64,000 nt of DNA, taken from assembly GCA_047495785.1 (NCBI GenBank), contig JBLDXI010000001.1:2418001-2482000 (forward strand), read 5' to 3'. The position numbers and the translations under genes were made by a program. Under the pieces are notes generated by a model that was given only the letters and a program-made list of their open reading frames with translations, had not been told where the DNA came from and made no database searches. Source of the DNA: Lepidodermella squamata. Taxonomy: Eukaryota > Animalia > Gastrotricha. The first letter of the stretch is position 1. Every line of letters starts with the position of its first letter. This document shows positions 12,887-23,404 of this stretch, in pieces.

Positions 12887-13762
12887 GAGTTAATCTAGTT
12901 TCGTCAGCTAATTTTTGCGTTTTGTCAGCTAATTCCTGTTTTTGTCAGAAGCATCGTTTTCTGACAGCAATGACTCTTTTTGACAGCAGAACTGCAATTT
13001 ACCAGCTAGTTTAATTTTAATTGAGTTTCTAACCATATATCGCTAGCCAAGATCATATAAATGCGAATTATAAATTTTTCTAATAATTTCAATATTCGGG
13101 TTGGAATGAATCCATTGCCAGTTTCAACGAATAGTACGCGCGCAAAATCAGTCAAAAATCTGTTGAACCCGCACTTTTGGCACTTTCGACGCGACATAAC
13201 AGCACAAATATGAATCTCTTGGGCAGCGAACTAGTCAGGGTTAGAGGGTTAGAAAAAGGCGCTATACAAGACTGGCAAGTTTTCATCCTGGGGGTTTCGA
13301 CAAGAGTTCGACACGACGATAGAAGCGTGGTAATTCCTTGTTATTCTGTAGAGTGATGGGTGTGGGGGTAGTAGAGAGGGAGTTCGAGTAGTTACAGGCA
13401 ATCAAGCCAAATTTTCCCTTCTTGCTAATATTTTCCTACTTTCTGAGCACTTAATGTTAAAAGATGAAGCTACGGTAATTACTACGGTAAGACTAAGGAA
13501 AAAATCGGCTGACTTGGCGGCCGGACATTGCCGAAGCAGGGCGATTACGGCAATGACCTCTAATTGGCATTTTTCGCGATATTACCCAGCAGTTCGCAGT
13601 AAACGTTTAACATTTTAGATAATTTTAATTTTATTTAAAATTAGCTGATAAATAGTAGTTCTGCTGTCAAAAAGAGTCATTGCTGTCAGAAAAAGATACT
13701 TCTGACAAAAACAGGAATTAGCTGACGGAACAAGGAATTAGCTGACAAAACAATATACACCC
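12887..13762. mobile_element. Non-autonomous DNA transposon with ~120-bp TIRs
   Basis: 12887-13010 is the imperfect reverse complement of 13640-13762 (GTCAGCTAATT sub-repeats). It is flanked by the direct repeat AAATTATT(G) at 12879 and 13763, an 8-9 bp TSD. Confidence 0.8.
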
Positions 13763-13900
13763 AAATTATTGCATCTCGATAAAGAAAGCTTTCATTGATA
13801 AAAAACGTTTTACGGCATTAAAAGCGAGTCAAGCTTTCTTGTTGACTACTACTGGTACTACTCAACATCTAGACAAAGTCATATTTGGCAGGATCGTCTT

Positions 13901-14641
13901 TCACTTTTTCTTGTTGAATGGCCAGTTGTTGCCCCATGGAAGTGGCGGCAAAGCATTCCAGTTCCAAGTAGGCTGCGGCACCCAAGGTAACGGCCACTGG
14001 GGCGGCGCCACCGTAGAAGGAGCTTCCCATCGAATCACCGGTAGCTTGATCGGTGGCGGGAGAAGAGGGCGAACCATCTCAGTATTGCCCCCAGTCGTAG
14101 GACCAACTCCATGGGAAACCGTCTCCAGATTGCTCGAGGAGATGCCCCATCGTCCCAGAAGTTGCTTGGCGTAGTTGGCTTGAGAGCTCGATAAAACACT
14201 GGTGCGTGAAAGCACCCAACCGTAACGCCATATAAACCCGTTTTGGACAAGTTCACTGTAACCTACAGCAACATTGTCGTAGTCGGTGTACAAAATGCGG
14301 AAGTCGTTGTCCTTATCGCCGAAATTGACCCATCGAATCGCCCACCAAGCTGGTTCGTCACTGGATTTCACCCTAGCCTGGCCGATACTTAGGGCCCATG
14401 TGTTTCTCGCCGCGAGCCATTGACGATCGTAGACCGTGACTGTTCCGTCGCCGTTGGCTACGTACGTTTTCGTGGCATCGGAGCCTGATTCCTGGGGGGT
14501 GGCCCTCGTTCGATAGATGACGTACCAGTTGCCAACAAATCGAGAGGCGTCGAAATCAGCCTGCAGGCCTGGCCGGCCGACTGACGTTTGGCCGTTAACT
14601 GAGGCTACGAAAAAAGCCGCCGCTAAAATTGCGACAAGCAT
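13901..14641 (-). CDS. Lipocalin (apolipoprotein D/Blc-like) with Pro/Trp-rich C-terminal tail
   Basis: Signal peptide MLVAILAAAFFVASVNG. Lipocalin motifs FDASRFVGNWY, ILYTDYDN and WVLSR. Single coding exon. Confidence 0.9.
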   Translation of the reverse strand: MLVAILAAAFFVASVNGQTSVGRPGLQADFDASRFVGNWYVIYRTRATPQESGSDATKTYVANGDGTVTVYDRQWLAARNTWALSIGQARVKSSDEPAWWAIRWVNFGDKDNDFRILYTDYDNVAVGYSELVQNGFIWRYGWVLSRTSVLSSSQANYAKQLLGRWGISSSNLETVSHGVGPTTGGNTEMVRPLLPPPIKLPVIRWEAPSTVAPPQWPLPWVPQPTWNWNALPPLPWGNNWPFNKKK

Positions 14642-15001
14642 GGCAGTTATTTTTTGTTTTTCAACTGTAAAAAAAATTGGTTGAAAAATTGAAGCTTGTC
14701 GATGTTTTAGTTGCTTAAATAGTCGCGTCGACAACAGCTTCCTTCCCATACCACGCATTTTTTAAGCTTTTTTTTGTAGATGAGCGCAACGTGACGAGAT
14801 TCACGTGTGAAAAAACTGCTGCTCTTGTCGACAATCGGCTTGTCGACGTGTTGCTTGTCGACAATAAGATTGTGGAAAGTTTTATATGATAACAGCCCTT
14901 GTACTTGAATAACATCCGGATTTGACGATTTTTGTTAAATTTAGGAAAAAATGAGTATAAAGAGAAATGATACGTGGAATTTTAATTTTAGAAAATTAAA
15001 T

Positions 15002-15487
15002 GACCGTTAACAACTGAGAAGTGGGGTTTGGCGAATTTTTTGTATTTTTCAGCAAATGGCAAAACGTGTGTTGACCTGAAGGGGACGATTCTTGCATTCC
15101 TAGATGATCTCACCCAGTTTTTCTTGAGTATTTTGATTTTTCAAAATTCAGACCTCGAGGAAGGTCCCATTCACCTCAAAAGACGAGAGACCCTAAGGTG
15201 TCGCCGAAAAGGCTTATCGATTTAGGTTGACGTAAAAGCACTAGCTTGATTCCAAACAAATTTTTGAATACCTCAGATTATCCCAAAACATCTCGGGTGC
15301 GCATGAGAAATTTTGATATCGTTCGACTTCTCGTTGATTGATCTTGAAGGCGACAATATTATAGCACCAGTATTATCAAATTCGATTGTAATACACTTTC
15401 TATAGGAAAATTCTATAGGCATTAACGGGTTAAAATATCACGATGTAAAAAATTTCGCCAAAGCATACTTCTCACTTGCTAACGGTA
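15002..15487. mobile_element. MITE family 1, copy 1 (GACCGTTAAC.. TIR, 4-bp TSD AAAT)
   Basis: ~38-bp imperfect TIRs with AAAT on both sides. The internal sequence is homologous to 20032-20579 and 39074-39621. Confidence 0.85.
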
Positions 15488-16132
15488 AAATGATAAAGAA
15501 ATGACAATTGGTTATTTTTATTTGGGTCTTTTAGACAAGCGTCGCGCAAATTAATTCGAAACAAAACATTAAGGTGTGCGCAAATTAAACAAAGCGCGAC
15601 ACTTGATCCGCATACTTGCGCGACATTTCGAATTAATTTGCGCGACGTTTTGGGTTTATCTCTTTTTATTTTTATTTTCAGCAGAACATCTACGGGAATG
15701 AAGAAACGCGCCTTATATCCTTTAGCCCTTTAGCGAGCTATTATTCCGGCCTTCGGGTCTGCTTATTTTTGCCTCTTGATTTTCATTCGCAGTACTTAAA
15801 AGGATGGTTGATTAGGAAGCTGAGCAAATCTAGGTGGTAATTTTTTATTAACTTTAGCATTAGGAGATTTAATCTCCTTTTCTCATGGAATTGGGAAGCA
15901 TTTCGAATTTTTCTGGCAATTGGATGTTAACTCGCCTCTCGTGCCAGACTTTTTGGTCTCTTTTCTGTTTTTTTATTTCGCAAAAAAATTAGCATCTCAT
16001 TTTTTATATTGACGTTGCACTTTTTTTGCAAGAAATCGCCGTCTCGTATGCATATTCTGATTAATTTTCTGGCTTGAGGTTTCTCATCTACGCAACCGGG
16101 CCAATTCGCCATTTCATCACAAATTCGGGCAC

Positions 16133-16252
16133 GGCTTTCGGGTCGTGCCCCAAATCAAATGAAAGCAATTGTGAAAATTGATCAGTCATGTGCGTCGGTG
16201 TTTCACCGGCGGTCCGGAGGTTCTCACGAGCCTCACAGCGGCGAAAGCCGTT
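16133..16252 (+). ncRNA. Candidate structured non-coding element, copy B
   Basis: Hairpins with TTCG and GAAA tetraloops and G-T wobbles on the + strand. Motifs shared with 8219-8390. Confidence 0.5.
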
Positions 16253-16329
16253 ATCATTCAATAAAAAAAACAAATTGCGAAATAAAACCTGGATGATTTA
16301 CTGAAATCGATTAATTTTTCGAAAAATAT

Positions 16330-16875
16330 TCAGTCGAACACTTCCCAAATCGCAAACCAATCGGAGAGACGAATCGCAATTTCACCGAAAATCATGCCAC
16401 TTGTTACCCCACAGATCAGCAGTACAATAGGCGCCGTAAAGATTTTTCTTGCCATCGCCAATCCGATTGAGGATCCTACCAAGCTGAATAGCACACAAGC
16501 CGTAGTGTCCACGACATGCCTTTTCGCGGTCGTCTTCAAAATTTCGCCATTTACGCACCGCCACGTTGTCCCGCAGATGTTAATGCCAAGTAGGGTAGAC
16601 ACGAAAATAACATTCGAATAATTTCCACTTCGTTCGAAGAGCTTTGAAACGCCCAACAGAACAACATGCAATAAAGCTTTATCCTCACGCGACTTTGCCT
16701 TCTCCGCAGCGTTCATTAGCAGTTGGCGGAAAATCTTTCCTTGGTCGCCATGAAGCTTCGATAAAGTGTATACGAGAGACGTATGGAGAGCTACAAAAGT
16801 CTGTTGCGGGTTAAATGGGACATAGCTGAAGTAGTTTTTCGAGGCAAGATTGCCGGACTCAACTGAGTCGACCAT
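16330..16875 (-). CDS. Unknown 181-aa protein with C-terminal Gly-rich hydrophobic helices
   Basis: Single ATG-initiated ORF preceded by a TTTCAG acceptor. The C-terminus has two hydrophobic small-residue helices (LVGSSIGLAMA, ICGVTSGMIFG). Confidence 0.6.
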   Translation of the reverse strand: MVDSVESGNLASKNYFSYVPFNPQQTFVALHTSLVYTLSKLHGDQGKIFRQLLMNAAEKAKSREDKALLHVVLLGVSKLFERSGNYSNVIFVSTLLGINICGTTWRCVNGEILKTTAKRHVVDTTACVLFSLVGSSIGLAMARKIFTAPIVLLICGVTSGMIFGEIAIRLSDWFAIWEVFD

Positions 16876-17224
16876 ATTGCTGAAATTAAGGAAAAAATGA
16901 AGAGAGGTAGGTATAGTTTATATTCGAGCTTTTCAACGAAATAAATGACTGTGAATGAGCCTTTCAGTTTCACTTTCTTTCAGGTACTGTTTTATTGAAT
17001 ACTTATGAATGTATTAATCTTTTCATTTGAACAGTAATTAGCGTCGACTCGACATGAATTAAAACCGTTGTATTGATTCAATTTCATTTTTGGAGTTTTA
17101 AAAGGCAGTAGAAATGGGTAGATATTGTTATATTAATAAACGACCAGTGCATTTCGAAATTTCTCGAGTGAAAAAGCGCAACAGGAACCGGTGATTATAA
17201 AAAGCGGGCGGCGGGTTTTTCAGG

Positions 17225-19352
17225 TCATTTTCCCCATGAAGATGCGTACTGAAACGATGAAGTCGGCGAATCGCCACGCGGGCAGATGTCACGTCCGCAG
17301 CATCGAGCCTGAAAAATTAATAAAATTGTGAAACTTTTATTTTATTTTTTAAATTTTAATTTGAGGTCTAAAATGATATGAACAATATTTTTCGTAATTT
17401 TCGAAAATTTTAAAATTTATGATTTGAATCTCTATTTTGAAGTACCTAAGCCTTTTCTTCCGGGAATTTCATGAATAATTAAAAAATCTGAAAAAATTCA
17501 GAATAAATAAAAAAGGGGTGCAGCTATTTTTGCATAATTATGTGGTATACTTTTCCCAATTTTACATGAATTTTTTCGAAACTAACCCTAACCCTAACCT
17601 CAACCCTAAAAATAACCCTAACTCTAACCAGGATATCCGAGTTATTTTCACACCAAGAACCCGAGCATTTTACGATCTTGGAAAAGTCTTGGAAATTCGG
17701 AAATCGAACTGGCGCTCTTCTTCTTTAAACCAATTGAAGTCGAATGGTAGCTTTTTCGACCACCCTATATTGAAAAAAATCCTGCAGGGTGACTACAACC
17801 GCAGGGTGTCTAAAAGGCATGTCTCCGAGATGGGAAATCGTATGAATTCGGTTAAAACGGATAAATGACCAGTGTCTCGTCGGCTTGGCGATGAGCTAGG
17901 ACCAGTTTGTTGGGACTTTCACTAAATTGCATAAAAGTGTCATCAAAATCGATTTTGCTCGAAGTATCACCTGTGACCCAACCGTCCTTGAGAAAACCCA
18001 GAATATTAGCACAGCATTAGGAATTAGGACATCTATCCGGATTTAAAAGATATTGGTGAATTATAGGATTATGGAATTTGATTATGGGAATAATTTTTAC
18101 TATAATTATCCCCGAGTACAATTTTTCCGGATTTTGTTCACAGCAATTTTCCAGATTTTAGGGGGTAAAATCGGCCTGCCAAAGGGTAATAGTGGGTAAA
18201 ATCCCGATAATTAAACTCTGTATGTCGCTTGGCTTTATATTTTAGGAACATTTTTATCTGAACTCACCCAATCTAGATAGTCGATGTTGATCCACTGCTG
18301 CTTGCCGTTACAAGTTATCAGCCCCTCCGGTCGGCGATTCAACGAATTTCCACTCGGATAAACCTGGTTATCAATGCAGTTCTCCCGCGCGTAATTGAAA
18401 ATGGTATCCCCACAACAGCCCCACGTTTTGCGCTCAGCACTTGACAACAAATACCGCCGATTGGCGCAAACCGTGAACGCGAACCCATTCGACAACGCCA
18501 GGCTCAAATTCGTCCGACCCTGAAGATTGCCATCAATGCATAAATATCCATCAGGGTTGTAAATCGCCGAATTGCAGCACTTGTTGTTGTCTGTGGAGAT
18601 GTAAACATTCGTATCGCATTGAATTGCGACTAAAGGACGGGGGGTGGGAGGTACCGGGACGCCAGGGGGTAGTAACGGAACAATCGACTGGCTACGGCAG
18701 CCTTGAAATCGCGAATCGAAGGCCGTCATACCGCAACACGTGAGAAATCCATCGTTAGGATAAACGACCGTACCGCAGCATAGGAATCCAGTTGGGCAGG
18801 TTCGATTACCAGCGGAAAACGGGCCGTAAGCTCCGTTTAAATCAGGCCTCATCGTATTCGCCCGCGGGCCTGGTTCGGAAGATGGGCCGGAGCTTCGGCT
18901 TTGAATCTCGCCCTGGATGCAAATGTTCGTCGCTGGGTTGAAAACCTGTTCCCCGCAGCATCGATTCGCCTTGAATGTTACGTAATCAATAGCGCCGCAT
19001 GTCATTAGGACCAACCGCTCGGGCTGGGGTGGGTCGGGCTGGCCGGAGATTGATGGTAGGATGAAGTTGCGATTGCAGACCTGAAAACGGGTGTCGTAGG
19101 CATTCGACCCGCAGCAGTCTAATATGGTGTATTGGTCCTTATAGTATTGGTCATTACAGCAGAGAATTCCGGCAGGGCATTCATCTAGTCGGCCATTAAC
19201 GAGGGGGTAACCAGGAGGGTAGGACGCAAACACTCCTTAAATTTAGCAAAATTTTAAACATTTTTTAAATATTTTCTAAAAATTTTACTCTGTGCTGTGA
19301 CGTGTAACGAGCTGCTAGCTATGAGAGCTCCAATAAGTAGCAGTGGCACCAT
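17225..19352 (-). CDS. Galaxin-like secreted Cys-Cys repeat protein, 3 exons
   Basis: A signal-peptide exon from 19352 (MVPLLLIGALIASSSLHVTAQ) splices in frame to ORF 18235-19233, which has repeated CC(G)xxx(Y/F)(D/N)xxxxxC units. The last exon reads ARCCGRDICP..WGK* and ends at 17225. Confidence 0.8.
17581..17630. repeat. Degenerate (CCCTAA)n telomere-like tract in an intron
   Basis: ACTAACCCTAACCCTAACCTCAACCCTAAAAATAACCCTAACTCTAACC. Confidence 0.7.
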
Positions 19353-20031
19353 TTTTCTAAGGCTGAAATATTATGATGTAAGACGGGGTCAATTTAAAGT
19401 AAGAAACTTTTTAGTAAGATCTCGGGACTTGTTTTTAAATGCTTGCGCACAAGATAACGTGAGAAAAATCTGCGGCCTCCGTCATTCCAGAAAATTTGCT
19501 TGTTCCCTAATGAACTTGAGAGGCTTATTATCAGTTTCAAGTTGTTGTTTTCAAGCGTAAGCCTTTTAGTTGCCATATCTCGTAATGCGTGATGCGTTTT
19601 TTTTTTCATCCCCAGCGGCGTGTTTTGCTCATCTTCAATTGTAATGAAATGAGATGTTGTAGAGTTCAGGTGGGAGCAGCCATGAAAATGCGTGCCAACA
19701 GTGGTTTAATCGAAAAAGTTGAGTTCAGCTGACGTCTTTCCAAGCGTTTTTTTACCAAGCAAAGTATTGTCGACGTGTTTCTGTCTGAACATCAGGTAGA
19801 ACAGGTTCGAAGAACTCTCCAATTCTCCAGTATTCGTTACCAATCCGCAAAAGTATCATTGAATTCGAAGTTTTGATAGAAGTATCAGCTATCAACAGGG
19901 TGAATGTATTTCTAGGTAGATCTCATCATACAGAATGACTTATTCTTTGAGAGCAGCGTCCTAGCTATCACCGTTCTTGAGATAATCGCCCAGGTGAGAC
20001 AGTGGGTAAGGTCACGTGACCAACTTGATGC

Positions 20032-20579
20032 GACCGTTAACAAGTGAGAGGTGGGATTTGGCGTATTTTCTGTAGTTTCCAGCAAATGGCAAAACGTGTG
20101 TTGACTTGAAGTGGGACGATTCTTGGATTCCTAGATGTTTTTTGTCGGTTTTTCTGGAGGAGTTCGAATTTCAAAATTCAGATCTCTAGGAGGTTCCCAT
20201 CCACACCAATAGACGGGAGACCCCAAACTGTCTCCGAAAAGGCTTATCGATTTAGTTTGACGTGGAAGCACCAGCTTGATTCCATCCAAATTTTCGAATG
20301 TCTTGGAAGATTCCTCACCTCAGATTTTCCCAAAATATATCGGCTACAAAATGAAAAGGACATCATAATTTATAGCGCGACGAATTATTAATTGATGAAA
20401 TAAAACCTTAATTTTTTAACCGCGCATTTTTTCGAATTTCACCCGTACACTTTAAAGCCCATTATCTCAGCAACCCTGATGACAATCGAACTCTTTGAGA
20501 TATCGTTCGACTCCTCGCTCATTGATCCTCAATTCGGCATCAAAAATGTCGCCAAACCCCCCTTTTCACTTGAACGGTT
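20032..20579. mobile_element. MITE family 1, copy 2 (TSD ATGC)
   Basis: GACCGTTAACAAGTGAG..CACTTGAACGGTT with ATGC on both sides. Internally homologous to copies 1 and 3. Confidence 0.85.
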
Positions 20580-20896
20580 ATGCATCAATTTTAAATCGGT
20601 GAAGTATAAACAATTACCTAAATCCCAACATTACGTGTCAAAATTAAATCAGAACTCGAAACGATTAGTAGCAAAAATTGGCCACTGATATACTAACTTA
20701 GAAATTTTGGTAAACCTTGAGACTGGGTCCAACAGGGTCAGATGTAAGATGCGGCCATCGGTTAACTATCTATCCAATCGTTTTGTTGCCTTGTGCGATT
20801 TTATATATTTTAATTATAATTTTTTGCTTGAATAAGGAGGACAAGAATCATTCGGGAAAATCACATTTTCTAGAGTAAGTTCAGTTTTGTTTGCTG

Positions 20897-23161
20897 TTAA
20901 GCCAAAGGACATTGTGCAGGGTTGGCAATTCCTGGAACAGCGCACGCGATCGTTTTTTGAATCCAATCAGTATACGCCGAAACCGGGACAAAAATTGCCG
21001 GCTTTTGGGCAGCGCAGTCTGCACCCCGGCGAAGGTATATGCCGTACTGGATGAGAAAAATAATCATGGCTAATATCTGCAAGTTAGGACTCTCATACCT
21101 GAACCAAGCGCTCTCCAAGACCCCGCTTTTCATTTCCAGGCGCCTGAACAAGAAGGGGACTACCTTCGTCGCCCTTGCAGGGGACCGTTTTATCCTTATT
21201 GCTACTCACAAAGCACAAGTCGAATCCTGCTCTAAATTCGTCCGAGCTGTAGGCTTTCAAACAGACATCATCGTTTGGTCTCAATCCGTTGACATAACGA
21301 GGCAGGCCTGCACTAGTCATAGGCGAGCGGCCATTTTCACCCCAGCCTGGCACGAACTCATATTCGTCGAGGTTAACATCCTGCCCGGAGATGCAAATGT
21401 CGGAAACATAGGGATTGGTGAAGTCTGCAGGTAGCTTGAGTTGAACAAGTATGACTTGGCCATCGGCTGATTTGACGACATCCTGAATAGCATGAATTCG
21501 CTCGTGGCTCTCTACCACCATTGTGTCATGTTCACCGACGTAAGCTAAATAATGGGTAAAGTCGTAGTCCCCAGCAAAGCAACTCGCTGCTGTCAGGAGC
21601 CAATATTGGTCAATTATTGTTGCAGAGCAAATATGACGTCCGTTCAATCTCAAACTGACCAAGTAGGGGAATTGGCCTGGTTGAGGAATAACCGGGCTGG
21701 TTACGACCTTCGGGACAGGGGTCAAAGGCACCTTAGGGCTACCACATGGCGCGGAACTTTGGACAATGCGACACGCCTCAATCGCTTGCATGACTTCACT
21801 CTCGCTTAGAACGTCATTCCAGATCATCAGGCAGGACATGGCAATGCTTTGATTCTGACCGAGCCAATGTGAAGCTGATCCGGCTAGAAGGCCATTTCTG
21901 TTATAGACATTTGACGCCCAAATCAGTGGCTGAAGAGCTGGGGTTTTGAACAGGCCATGACGACCGAATACGCTAAACATCCCAGTCATTCCGTTGAAAG
22001 TAAAAGCCGCGAATGTCCAGCCTCCACCTTGCTGTATCATTTCGTACTTGGCAATTTCCATACTATTCGCCCGGAGGAAAATTTTTGTCCTTTCTTCGTA
22101 CCCAATCTGGAAACTATTTGCAGTCTTCCCAAACTGAAATAGGCCGCCACGATCCTGCTTGTCGATTTTTGCGAAGAATGCGACTGTGAACGAAGCTTCG
22201 ATGGCTAGCTTTGTGTTACTGACTGACAGCAATGTTTCCCCTTCTTGACTTTGCAGGGCTGTTTTCGGGTCACCGAATGGTCCTGCTACCAGGTTGGTAC
22301 CGCTTGCCTTTCCCTCGCCATTGAAGCTGTTCGGTCCAACATCTGATTGACTCGAAAGGGGCCAAAGTCCCACCAGATTTTGCGGTCGTGGCCAAGCATT
22401 TATTTGAGGAGGCTTGAGCCTGCCCGATGAGCACATCTCTGGGATTTTAGCGATATCTTCAGGGCTCAAAATGCTGTCGTATGCACTCAAGCATGAAATA
22501 GCATCTCCGTTGTACATATCTTGGTTTCCATTGTTCTGAAAAAGGAAGAAGCACGAATTTGAAAGCTATAAACTATAAGTAAATATTAACTCACGTTTGT
22601 GTAGCGACCAACAGTGATTACAATATCTGAAAACTGTACTTTCGTCTCAGCAGAAATTCGGAAATGCTGATTACCGGTTTTGCCAAAAACCGTAATGCTA
22701 TTTTTGACCTCGGAATATGTAATGGCGAAGAAATTCCACTCGTATGCTTTAACAATTTGCACAGCATCCTGTTTTACGGTGTAAACATAGAAAAACTGGT
22801 TCTTTTCAACTGAAATCGTCATCAGCGTCGCAGCAGTGCTTTTTAAGCTTAATTTCAAAGTCATTCTTTCGCGGGGGTAAGCATAAAATGCAACTGTCAA
22901 CTCTTGAGTATTTTTGATCTCGTATGTGCACATCCATTTGTTTGACTCAGCAACGGTGTAACTGGTATCCGGCTTCCCAAATGGTCCCAAGATTGAAGCG
23001 GGCTTATAGCTGTAAGTGTCTGTCGGAGGGCTGCCATCCACAATGTTGTTCAGCCGAGTGACATTGTCGAATGCTACCCACAAAACAGGCGAAGGATCTC
23101 CCGACACCAATCCGACCGAAAGCGCAAGTAGGGCGTGACACAAAAAATACGAAAAACTCAT
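20897..23161 (-). CDS. Secreted protein with two LamG/pentraxin-like domains and a trypsin-like domain lacking catalytic residues
   Basis: Signal peptide MSFSYFLCHALLALSVGLVSG. Two domains with GPFG..(F/L)TVAF..W(N/T)F.A.T(Y/F) patterns. Trypsin fold motifs FPYLVSL, HICSATII, LTAASC, CKGDEGSPL and YTDWI. Confidence 0.85.
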
Positions 23162-23404
23162 GTTCAAGTGAAAAACAAGAAATGTAGCGTCACCAGGTAC
23201 CAATGCCCTTTTTATAATCTCTTTCAATTCTGCCAGGATTACTTTTTATTTTATCTGCCCGCAATATATTGCGTTTCCAAGGAAAATAACTCGTTTTTCC
23301 GTGGTAAAGTTTTCTGCCAATAATTGTTGTGCATTGACGAGTAGTTATTATTATCGCGCATTCCGAATTTCGAAGAAACTGCCATGTTTTCTTAAAAATG
23401 GTAG

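Noticed and set aside
14642-14758. N-terminal extension of the lipocalin ORF
   Set aside because: Contains a pyrimidine tract and splice acceptor. The signal peptide starts at ATG 14641.
14725-14865. Cluster of GTCGAC palindromes as a CRISPR-like array
   Set aside because: Units are too short and irregular, the context is eukaryotic, and no cas genes are present.
17518-17868. 116-aa ORF with NPNPN repeats
   Set aside because: Translation of the telomere-like CCCTAA tract inside an intron.
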